The notes below the pieces were generated by a model. That model did not search any database. It was not told the origin of the DNA and saw nothing but the letters and a program-made list of their open reading frames with translations. The translations under genes were made by a program, and so were the position numbers. DNA of 64,000 nucleotides from Anaerolineales bacterium UBA3499 (GTDB lineage: Bacteria; Chloroflexota; Anaerolineae; Anaerolineales; UBA11657): contig DFQC01000005.1 in the NCBI GenBank assembly GCA_002377585.1, positions 11,715 to 75,714 of the forward strand, read 5' to 3'. Shown piece after piece: positions 19,228-27,973 of the stretch; position 1 is the first letter of the stretch; the number at the start of each line of letters is the position of its first letter.

Positions 19228-20895
19228 TCACTCCCTAAAAGCCACAAATCGACCCCAGCATGAAGCCAACTCCATTCCTTTTTGTACAAAACACCCGACA
19301 AAGTATCGACCACTTTCCATATTTGCTAATGCACCACCCAAATTTTCAGCATGAACAATACCTTTAGGAAACAAGTTGAGATGCATATCTTGATAGTATT
19401 GATCTAAAGGATACATTTCATCCCAATCTTTACCAAATCGTTCGTTGAGTTTCTTTTCTGCCTCATCAAACGTTTTGGGGTGAAACACTCTTTGAATGGT
19501 ATTCATAGGATGTTCCATTGCCACACAATCTATCCCTATCCATTTGATCTTCTTTTCTATACACCAATCAGCAAAATCTGGAGATGGTCCAGGATGTTTG
19601 ATCATATAACGAAACTCATTAGAATCTGGGCTATTCCAACCATACTTACAATACCCTGTCTTTATAATAAGGATGTCATTCTCATGCACATCTACAGCTT
19701 CCTCTATCATCTCAGGAGTATATACACTGGAGTCACTAACCTTATCTGAAATATCAGCTACCGCTCCTGCACCAACCCAATAGTCCAAAGGGGTTTCGCC
19801 TATACTTCTACCACTGATGCTAAAATGTTTTTCGCCGTCCATATGAGTAGCTAAATGAAAGCTAGCCCGACAATTCGCATTGTTTCGACCCATACCAAAG
19901 TTGTGACCTCCAACACGCTTTGTGTAATCAATACTTAAGGGTATGTAATTCGCCCATTGAGGAGTCTGCACACTAAATGGTAAGGTCATATCCAACATCT
20001 CAGCAGTTCCCATAGCAGCAAAGAAGTTGGATGATTCCATTCCATCAGGCGGCAATATAGCTACTGCACGTGACCACGCTGATTCAACCTCCATGAACGG
20101 CAATGGCTGTACCATTACCCAAGCACGCTGATTGCCAATTTCATTGATTTGCCCACCAAGAGACTCAGCCAATAACATGCCTGATTTTGGCATAGTGACA
20201 TGCGTTAACTCATAGTACCAATCCTGAGGAAACAATTCATCCCAATCCTTACCATATACTTCTTGTGCTTTAGCTTGTGCTTTCTCAAATTCCCGTTCAT
20301 GCATATAACGCAAATTGGTGTTCATAGGATGCTCTGCACATCCACAATCCACACCAATTAATTTTATGTTCATGTCCATTGCCCAATCAAAAAATTCTGG
20401 CGAAGGCCCAGGATGCCGAAGATAAAACCCGAACTCCTTATTTTCTATGCCACCTTGTGCAGATTCGTTTAACACATCAGGTTGATCATACCCATACTTG
20501 TGATATCCCGTATTGATTATCAAAATATCGCCCGATTTAACTTCCGCTCGACTCGTTATCATTTCTGGTGTATATAAACTATAGTCGGAAACATCATCAG
20601 AAATATCTACAACCACGCCTTCACCACATAAATCACTCAATGGAATATCAGCAATAGCTCGTTCTCCAGAATGAAAAGCACGAGGTCCTACGAGATGAGT
20701 ACCAGTGTTATTGCTCCATTCAATCAATTGACCATTTGCACCTTGACCGCCAATGAAAGAGCCCGTAAGCCTCTTAAAAAACTGTATCTGCAAAGGCATC
20801 TCTCCCGGCCACGGTGGTGTAAAAATACTCATTGCTTGAGTCAGGTCAAACCATCTTGCATCAGTCATTAAGCGGATAAATTTGTCACTTTGCAT
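19228..20895 (-). CDS. Fused tandem cyclase-family (kynurenine formamidase/isatin hydrolase-like) metal-dependent hydrolase
   Basis: 555-aa ORF made of two homologous ~275-aa halves (e.g. HPGPSPEFFDWAMDMNIKLIGVDCGCAEHPMNT vs HPGPSPDFADWCIEKKIKWIGIDCVAMEHPMNT). The C-terminal half keeps an HxxTHxDxxxH-like motif (FHLATHMDGEKH); the N-terminal half is degenerate (NNTGTHLVGPRAFH). Confidence 0.7.
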   Translation of the reverse strand: MQSDKFIRLMTDARWFDLTQAMSIFTPPWPGEMPLQIQFFKRLTGSFIGGQGANGQLIEWSNNTGTHLVGPRAFHSGERAIADIPLSDLCGEGVVVDISDDVSDYSLYTPEMITSRAEVKSGDILIINTGYHKYGYDQPDVLNESAQGGIENKEFGFYLRHPGPSPEFFDWAMDMNIKLIGVDCGCAEHPMNTNLRYMHEREFEKAQAKAQEVYGKDWDELFPQDWYYELTHVTMPKSGMLLAESLGGQINEIGNQRAWVMVQPLPFMEVESAWSRAVAILPPDGMESSNFFAAMGTAEMLDMTLPFSVQTPQWANYIPLSIDYTKRVGGHNFGMGRNNANCRASFHLATHMDGEKHFSISGRSIGETPLDYWVGAGAVADISDKVSDSSVYTPEMIEEAVDVHENDILIIKTGYCKYGWNSPDSNEFRYMIKHPGPSPDFADWCIEKKIKWIGIDCVAMEHPMNTIQRVFHPKTFDEAEKKLNERFGKDWDEMYPLDQYYQDMHLNLFPKGIVHAENLGGALANMESGRYFVGCFVQKGMELASCWGRFVAFRE

Positions 20896-20938
20896 CTAAA
20901 TCTCCTTTGTTAAACACCATTCACTCAAGTTACACTTT

Positions 20939-22195
20939 TCACACTAAACCATAATGCTCTGCATAAGAGACCAAAGCATCTTCAAATACATTCATTGGAG
21001 GTCGTACTAATCCAGCTCCTACCTGACCAACTCCCGCATCCCTATGAGCAATACCTGTGTTTATACGAGGAGTGATACCCAACTCTACCACTTTGCGGAT
21101 ATCGACTCCGACTGGAGTTCCACGGAAATTCAGTGCTGGGATAGTAAAATGACTGTGCTCAGATACCGTAATCTCGTACATTTCCATAGTAGCATTTATA
21201 GCGTCTTGTGGTGTGCCACTAACAAACGCAACGATTGCTGGCGCAGAAGCCATGGCAAAACCACCGATTCCAACCGTCTCGGTAATGGTACTATCACCTA
21301 TATCACCACTAGCATCCTCAGCAGTAAAACCCGGAAAATACAGACCGTCTGGCTGTCCAACTGGACCTGTAAACCACTTATCTCCTAAGCCACTTATACG
21401 AATCCCTAGTTCAGTACCATTACGAGCCATGATTGTCATTAATGTACTACCATCGACACCATGAGCAGCATCAGCCATAGATTTGCACGCAGCCATTACA
21501 GGATTTAACACACTCAGTGCATTGTCTGCCAGAAATTGTAGCGCTTCGGAAGCAATATTACTATCAATAGCAAGTTTGGTGACCATAGGAGCAAGTTTTG
21601 CAGTATAAAGAATTGATCCCGCTTTATTTCGATTATGACCTTCATCACCCATATGTAATGATTCTGATAGCAACTGTCGAACATCTATTCCATTTTCGCT
21701 CTTCACAAGAGCTTCCGACAAGACCGGAGCCAAAACATCATTCATCCAACGCAATTTTGTGATCACATCATCGCTAAATGCTCCATACCTAAGTACCTTT
21801 CCATATCCTTCGTTTAGATTACTATAGGCAACGTTGCCATGAGTAGTATTAGTCACCTCATAGACTTTCATAGATGCAGTCGTAACTCCAGCCATTGGAC
21901 CAACACTACTGTGCTCGTGGCACGGAGCAAACTTGACTTCACCTGCTTCTACCATACTTACTGCATCAGTTTCATTATCAACCAGGCCTTCAAATATTAA
22001 TCCACCTATCACAGCCCCTTGCATTGGACCAGACATTTGTTCCCACTCAACGGGAGGACCTGCATGCAGCAGCAAATTGTCCTCCATATTTGGAATAACA
22101 TCCCTAGCAGTAGCAATGCCTGTAAGAATAGGACGCGCTGACATCATACGTTCTACAGCTATATCATTTGCTTGATCAATTTTGATTTTTGCCAA
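20939..22195 (-). CDS. DUF1116-family protein (E. coli YlbE/AllG-like)
   Basis: 418-aa ORF; long collinear similarity by eye to E. coli YlbE (LLHAGPP..W..M.GPM.GA, NLNEG.GKV.R.GA, GDS.ITET.GIGG, DIRKVVE.GITP.INTGIAH). Confidence 0.85.
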   Translation of the reverse strand: MAKIKIDQANDIAVERMMSARPILTGIATARDVIPNMEDNLLLHAGPPVEWEQMSGPMQGAVIGGLIFEGLVDNETDAVSMVEAGEVKFAPCHEHSSVGPMAGVTTASMKVYEVTNTTHGNVAYSNLNEGYGKVLRYGAFSDDVITKLRWMNDVLAPVLSEALVKSENGIDVRQLLSESLHMGDEGHNRNKAGSILYTAKLAPMVTKLAIDSNIASEALQFLADNALSVLNPVMAACKSMADAAHGVDGSTLMTIMARNGTELGIRISGLGDKWFTGPVGQPDGLYFPGFTAEDASGDIGDSTITETVGIGGFAMASAPAIVAFVSGTPQDAINATMEMYEITVSEHSHFTIPALNFRGTPVGVDIRKVVELGITPRINTGIAHRDAGVGQVGAGLVRPPMNVFEDALVSYAEHYGLV

Positions 22196-22207
22196 AATTA
22201 CCTCCTA

Positions 22208-23926
22208 TTAGCTTTTCATCTTTGCCAATAAATCCATTAGATTGTCTTTCCCTTGAGCAGGTGGCTGCCAATCAACATGGATTGCCTCAGCGCCTTGTCT
22301 GATTAAACTTTCGTAGAAAGATTCTAATCCTACATTTATGGCCGCCAAAGATTGTCCGGAACTATCCAATACAACCGGTCTTAAGCTCGCTTTTGAGGTT
22401 GTGTTCAATCCGGAAATTATGTTACCAACATAAATTGCCGCCTCATCAGCGTTAGTTTCTATGTGCGCACCTGCTTTCCTCAATATATTTGTTTGAGCAA
22501 CTACATCTTGCGGGTCACTTACGGTTCCAACCACCAATACAACTACTTCCAAGTGACGTCCCGAGCGACGTGCTAGTGATTTGGCCTCAGATATAATCGG
22601 CGCTAATTCGGCCGCAGGGTTTGAGTGTGATCCATAGCCAAGTACTACGTCCAACAATATTACTGCTGTCTCTGGGTCAGCAGCTTCTTGCTTAAAACGC
22701 CTCAAACGCAAATCCGAATCTATCATTGGGTGTAACCGACCAATGGTAAATTCGTCCTCTCCCATATCTATAATTGTATGCTTATGACTAGATGCATGAT
22801 CATCCAGTTTGTATGACTCATCGATAGGAATATTAGAATAAACCCCTGTAGTAAATGCACGCAGGACCAACAAAGTCTCATAAGCCAGAGTACCGCCTGA
22901 AAACAGGCCGCGTATATAGCGCTGTGAAGACGCAAATTTCTTTTGAGAATCCGACTTCATATTAGTGGAAAGGTCCAACTTGTCACATAACTCAATCGCT
23001 AACTTGGCTGCTTCACGTAAGGTAGATGCAAAAAACACATTGCCTATTTGATAGGCTGGGGGAGCATAACCTAGAAAATTAACAACCACCGGTTTTTCTA
23101 GTGCATGCAGTACTTGCATCAACTCCATTGCAGAACGCGATGAGATTGGTTTAGACGTTAATATTATGACCTTAGTATTTGTGTCTCTGTTAAGCACATC
23201 TAGCGCCTGTCGAGAAGTAATACCTCCAACCTGCTGATTCAAATCACGTCCACCAGTACCAATAGCATTGGTTATACCAGAACCTAAGTTGTCAATAGTC
23301 ACGGTTAAAGCCTGTAGTCCTGTACCTGATGCAGCCACAATACCTACCGAACCTGATTGGCTTTGATTTGCAAAACCTAAACCCACTCCATCAATCACAG
23401 CAGTCCCACAATCTGGACCCATAACCAACAATCCTTTGTCTGCTGCCATTGTCTTTAACGACACTTCATCTTCCAGAGAAACGTTGTCACTATAAAGAAA
23501 AACGTGTTTGCCAAAACCAAGAGCTTCACGTGCAACCCCTGCAGCATAACGTCCAGGAACAGAAACTATAACCCATTGACTGTTTGGTAATGTTCTAACA
23601 GCCATATCCAGACTACGAGGACGAAACTCCTGATCATCTGCTATCAACTTACGTTTATTTAGTAATACATCTACATGTTTAAGTGCAGCTGATGCTTGGG
23701 ATACACTGTCAGCCTTAACTGCAATAATGAGGTCCTCTGCCACAGCGATTCTGCAGGAACTCGGTAGTAGTCCACTCTGATCTAACACATCCTTATTAGC
23801 CTGCGTACCCATCATTACTCCAGCATCAAGCACACCATCTAATTCAAGCATACCTTTTTGCAGCTGCATTAACACCACTGAGTCGAAGTATGTACCAGAC
23901 CGTATTTCACCAGTTACGTTTGTCAT
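22208..23926 (-). CDS. FdrA-family protein (succinyl-CoA-synthetase-alpha-like; E. coli FdrA/AllF-like)
   Basis: 572-aa ORF; collinear with E. coli FdrA by eye (YFDSVVLMQL, VMMGTQANK, SDNVSLEDEVSLKT..KGLLVMGPDCGTA, ASGTGLQ, AIGTGGRDL, RLHPMID). Confidence 0.85.
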   Translation of the reverse strand: MTNVTGEIRSGTYFDSVVLMQLQKGMLELDGVLDAGVMMGTQANKDVLDQSGLLPSSCRIAVAEDLIIAVKADSVSQASAALKHVDVLLNKRKLIADDQEFRPRSLDMAVRTLPNSQWVIVSVPGRYAAGVAREALGFGKHVFLYSDNVSLEDEVSLKTMAADKGLLVMGPDCGTAVIDGVGLGFANQSQSGSVGIVAASGTGLQALTVTIDNLGSGITNAIGTGGRDLNQQVGGITSRQALDVLNRDTNTKVIILTSKPISSRSAMELMQVLHALEKPVVVNFLGYAPPAYQIGNVFFASTLREAAKLAIELCDKLDLSTNMKSDSQKKFASSQRYIRGLFSGGTLAYETLLVLRAFTTGVYSNIPIDESYKLDDHASSHKHTIIDMGEDEFTIGRLHPMIDSDLRLRRFKQEAADPETAVILLDVVLGYGSHSNPAAELAPIISEAKSLARRSGRHLEVVVLVVGTVSDPQDVVAQTNILRKAGAHIETNADEAAIYVGNIISGLNTTSKASLRPVVLDSSGQSLAAINVGLESFYESLIRQGAEAIHVDWQPPAQGKDNLMDLLAKMKS

Positions 23927-23943
23927 ATATAACCAATAAATTC

Positions 23944-25245
23944 TTATATAAGTACTGACTCTATTTGTGATGCCAGAAAAAATAGAGTCTCATCTTTTCC
24001 AAAACGACCCGTTAATTGCAACCCAAAGGGCAATCTATCGCCATTCTTGCCAGAGGGCATTCCTATAGTAGGCAAACCACTATGGGTCCAAGGTAAATTC
24101 ATTACGGGATCACCAGTGCTGTCCAACCCATTAGGAGCTACTCCAGGAGCCGAAGGAGATATCCACAAATCTATCTGATTCCGATCCATTAATGCAGTCA
24201 ATTCCTTTCGCAACGTAGACCTACCTTGAAGAGCAACATTTAAATCATGTTCCGAAACTGATTGACCTCTTAATATCAATTCAACAGTTTTGGGATGATA
24301 CTTATTAGTATAACTCGCAAACCAATTCTCATGAACACTCGCTGCTTCGGCAGCCACTAGTAAATTATGTCTAACAAATATATCTTCAAAATCAAGCATG
24401 GCAGTGACTGATTTTATGTCAAACCCAGCGTTAGCAAGTCGATCACAAGTAGCATAAAATTGCATCGTGCCTTCATCAGAAACATTGTCCAGATAAACGC
24501 CTTCTGGTACACCTAAACTTATAGATTGGTTTTCCTTCGTGTCTGTTATTTCTGTGTTCCACTTCTCAACCAACTGTGTAGCTGCACATGCAGCGGTGGC
24601 AACATCAGGAGCAAAAGTACCAACATGATCTACTGAAGGAGATAAAGGTATCACACCAGACCGAGAAATACGATCATAGGTTGGTTTATATCCAACAACA
24701 CCGCAAAAAGCAGCGGGGCGAGTAATTGATCCTATGGTTTGTGTACCTAATGATAGAAGGCATAATCCCGAGCTTACAGCAGCTGCTGATCCGCTACTAG
24801 ATCCACCAGGAGTACATAAAATATTATGTGGGTTCCTTGTAGGGCCAGGTGCAAAGTAAGCGAATTCGGTGGTAATCGTTTTACCTATTACTAGAGCCCC
24901 TGCCTTCTTTAGAAGCGTCACACTTTCAGCTTCAGTGCCTTGCAAAACATCTGTAGGAACATTGCTACCAGCACTAGTAATGTGACCATCTACATGAAAT
25001 ATATCTTTCACTCCTACAATTAATCCAAAAAGAGGAGGACGGTTTTTTGGATCTGGATACTGTTCAAACAATGCTCTAGCTTCAATGCGCAAGCGATTGA
25101 AACGTTCTGACTCAGGAACAAAAGCATATACTTCCTGCTCTTTTAATATAAAGTGGCTTTCCAATTGTTCCAAATAATCTAGGAAATTATTAAAACTACC
25201 GTTCTTGAAACTAGACAATGAACCATTTACCACTGATGACAACAT
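23944..25245 (-). CDS. Amidase-signature (AS) family amidase
   Basis: 433-aa ORF; GGSSSGSAAAV signature with Ser-cisSer-Lys context (GVKDIF). Its start shares nt 25245 with the stop of the 2Fe-2S subunit gene. Confidence 0.85.
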   Translation of the reverse strand: MLSSVVNGSLSSFKNGSFNNFLDYLEQLESHFILKEQEVYAFVPESERFNRLRIEARALFEQYPDPKNRPPLFGLIVGVKDIFHVDGHITSAGSNVPTDVLQGTEAESVTLLKKAGALVIGKTITTEFAYFAPGPTRNPHNILCTPGGSSSGSAAAVSSGLCLLSLGTQTIGSITRPAAFCGVVGYKPTYDRISRSGVIPLSPSVDHVGTFAPDVATAACAATQLVEKWNTEITDTKENQSISLGVPEGVYLDNVSDEGTMQFYATCDRLANAGFDIKSVTAMLDFEDIFVRHNLLVAAEAASVHENWFASYTNKYHPKTVELILRGQSVSEHDLNVALQGRSTLRKELTALMDRNQIDLWISPSAPGVAPNGLDSTGDPVMNLPWTHSGLPTIGMPSGKNGDRLPFGLQLTGRFGKDETLFFLASQIESVLI

Positions 25246-25721
25246 TATGAATCACGCTCCAAATATAGTTTCACAGCATTCACTATGTTTTGATAACCAG
25301 TACACCTACACAAATTTCCAGATATGGCAGCCCGAATTTCTTCTTCCGATGGACTCGGGTTATCATCTAGAAAAGGAATGAGGCTCATCAATATACCTGG
25401 AGTACAAAACCCACATTGCAACCCATGTGCTTCGCGGAATGCTTCTTGAAGGGGATGTAAATCAGTTGCTTTGGTTGCCATACCTTCTACTGTGGTTATT
25501 TGCTGTCCGTGTACCTGTACTGCAAACATCAAGCATGACCTGACAGATATTCCATTTAATATCACAGTGCAGGCCCCGCAAACACCATGTTCGCAACCAA
25601 CATGCGTGCCTGTCAAACCAAGTTCGTGACGTATAAAATCACTTAACAACATGCGCGCTTCTACAGAAGATGTATGTTTTGTGCCATTAATAGTAACCTT
25701 TATCAAATGATTGTCACTCAT
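25245..25721 (-). CDS. [2Fe-2S] small subunit of the Mo-hydroxylase (CoxS/XdhC-iron-sulfur type)
   Basis: 158-aa ORF; plant-type cluster CEHGVCGACTV..C and second cluster CGFCTPG...CRCTGY. Confidence 0.9.
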   Translation of the reverse strand: MSDNHLIKVTINGTKHTSSVEARMLLSDFIRHELGLTGTHVGCEHGVCGACTVILNGISVRSCLMFAVQVHGQQITTVEGMATKATDLHPLQEAFREAHGLQCGFCTPGILMSLIPFLDDNPSPSEEEIRAAISGNLCRCTGYQNIVNAVKLYLERDS

Positions 25722-26596
25722 GTTTCTTTAGCCCGCCCATATGCTAATTTCAATGCTCGCTTAGTTAGTATGCAAGCTAAATGCCTCTGGTAATTTACCG
25801 TAGCATGTAAACTTTCCATCGGCATAATCTCCTCTTCTGAAGCTTTGTTAGCAACTTGACTTATCAGTTCATCCGATAGAGTTTCTCCAACCAGCATATC
25901 AGCTGACTGCTTTGCTTCCAGAGGTGCATCTGATAGATTCAAATACACCAAACGGGCCTTCCTACAAATATAATCACTATCTAACGTTATCACTGCTGCT
26001 ATACCGGCCATGGCGTAATCTCCCGACCGACGAGAAACCTCTAGAAATGCCCACCCAGTAGAGGCCGCATGAAAAGGCACTTCTAATTCAACCAATATTT
26101 CACTAGAGTCAATAGCAGTTTCAAAATACCCTCTAAAAAAATCATCGCTATTAATCCAACGCGATCCATTGGTGGATTGGACCCGAAATCTGGACTTGGT
26201 AGCTAAAGCTACTACCGGAAGCTCGGCAGCTGGATCCGCGTGAGCTATATTCCCACCTACAGTACCTCTATTACGTATCTGAGGATGAGCAATGTAGGGA
26301 AGAGATTCATGTAATAAAGAAACTCTATCAGCAATTAAAGGATCATCCTCAACTTCACTTAGTCGAGTCATAGCACCAATATGTAAAACTGCACTCTCCT
26401 TGGAGGATATATAAGAGAGTTCTGCCAGCAAGTTTAAGTCAAGCAGCACAGTAGGTTGCATTATACGGAAATTCATAGCCGGAATTAGACTCTGCCCACC
26501 TGCCAGAATTCTGGCTTCATCACCATACTGTGCTTTCAGCACCAATGCTTCTTCCAATGACTCAGGTGCATAATATTTGAAGCTTGCTGGTTTCAT
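25718..26596 (-). CDS. FAD-binding medium subunit of the Mo-hydroxylase (CoxM type)
   Basis: 292-aa ORF; FAD-binding PCMH domain (LAGGQSLIP, GTVGGNIAHADP); 4-nt overlap with the downstream small-subunit gene. Confidence 0.85.
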   Translation of the reverse strand: MKPASFKYYAPESLEEALVLKAQYGDEARILAGGQSLIPAMNFRIMQPTVLLDLNLLAELSYISSKESAVLHIGAMTRLSEVEDDPLIADRVSLLHESLPYIAHPQIRNRGTVGGNIAHADPAAELPVVALATKSRFRVQSTNGSRWINSDDFFRGYFETAIDSSEILVELEVPFHAASTGWAFLEVSRRSGDYAMAGIAAVITLDSDYICRKARLVYLNLSDAPLEAKQSADMLVGETLSDELISQVANKASEEEIMPMESLHATVNYQRHLACILTKRALKLAYGRAKET

Positions 26597-26770
26597 TTAT
26601 GTTTTGGTCATGTAAGTAATTTCTAGAGACATTGTATAATGCCGTACCAATGCAATTTATCACACAATCCCGAATATAATTTATCTTACCGTAAGGATTT
26701 GCGATTATATCATTAACAGTGTGACCATTTATCAAAGTTTATACAATCTAGATTTGTAGCGAGGAATAGC

Positions 26771-27973
26771 ATGAGTGTGGCAAACAATCTACTTAAAAAC
26801 ATATGTGTAGTTGATCTAACACGAGTATTAGCAGGACCATATTGCACAATGATGTTGGGAGATCTAGGAGCAGATGTAATAAAAATCGAGGTTCCTGGCA
26901 GAGGTGATGATACTCGTCATTGGGGACCTCCATTTACAGAAGGGGGTGAGTCCGCATATTATCTAAGTGCTAATCGCAACAAACGTAGTCTGACACTAAA
27001 TCTAAAATCAGCACAAGGATTGGAAATCCTCAAAAAATTGATTGCTAAAGGTGATGTGCTTGTAGATAATTTTAAGACAGGAACACTATCGCGCTGGGGA
27101 TTAGATTACGAGACTTTACAAGAAATCCGTCCTGGATTGATATATTGCACAGTTACTGGATACGGCTACACTGGCCCTTATAGCTCTAGACCAGGCTATG
27201 ACTTAATAGTACAGGCCACAGGAGGCTTTATGAGCATCACTGGACCAGAAAATGGCGATCCGAGCAGAGCCGGAGTTGCAATTGCTGACATCAGCACAGG
27301 AATGTTTGCATCAAACGCCATTCTTGCGGCACTATATTCACGCGAAAAAACCGGTGAGGGACAACGTATAGATATGTCATTGCTTGACAGTCAAGTAGCT
27401 CTATTATCTTACGCAGCTACCAATTATTTCGTTTCGGGCTCAATTACTAATAGACTAGGCAATGCCCATCCGAACATCGTTCCTTATCAATCATTCAAGG
27501 CTCAAGATATGCACTTTGTTCTAGCAGTCGGGAACGATAAACAATGGGAAATATTTTGCAAATCCATCAATAAGCCTGAATGGATTGATGATGAAAAATA
27601 CTCAACAAACGCACTTCGCGTCAACAACAGGAGACAGTTGATAGATCAACTTAACAAATTGTTCGCAACGCAGAATGCAGGATACTGGTTGGAGATATTT
27701 GATAAAGTTGGTTTACCATCAGGTCCAATCAATGAACTGGATAAAGTATTTGAAAATGAACAGATAAAGTCACGTGAAATGCAGATTGAGCTACCTCATT
27801 CCATAGACAATAAAGTCACTCTCCTTAATTCTCCGATTAAGATTCCCACATCTCCTACCAAAACACACAAAGCACCACCAACCCTAGGAGAACACACTGA
27901 AGAAATACTAAAGGAAAAAATTGGCCTTGATCAAGATGCTGTAGCCAAACTTAGGGATGAGGGAATATTGTGA
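26771..27973 (+). CDS. Family III CoA-transferase (CaiB/BaiF family)
   Basis: 400-aa ORF; typical N-terminus VVDLTRVLAGPYCTMMLGDLGADVIKIE and GNAHPNIVPY region. Confidence 0.85.
   Translation: MSVANNLLKNICVVDLTRVLAGPYCTMMLGDLGADVIKIEVPGRGDDTRHWGPPFTEGGESAYYLSANRNKRSLTLNLKSAQGLEILKKLIAKGDVLVDNFKTGTLSRWGLDYETLQEIRPGLIYCTVTGYGYTGPYSSRPGYDLIVQATGGFMSITGPENGDPSRAGVAIADISTGMFASNAILAALYSREKTGEGQRIDMSLLDSQVALLSYAATNYFVSGSITNRLGNAHPNIVPYQSFKAQDMHFVLAVGNDKQWEIFCKSINKPEWIDDEKYSTNALRVNNRRQLIDQLNKLFATQNAGYWLEIFDKVGLPSGPINELDKVFENEQIKSREMQIELPHSIDNKVTLLNSPIKIPTSPTKTHKAPPTLGEHTEEILKEKIGLDQDAVAKLRDEGIL

Noticed and set aside
26597-26770. Promoter assignment in the divergent region between coxM and the CoA-transferase gene (e.g. 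TGTATAAT at 26633-26640, TATAAT at 26675-26680)
   Set aside because: The AT-rich region holds several equally good -10-like hexamers and no convincing -35 partners or operator palindromes. I cannot single out a promoter.
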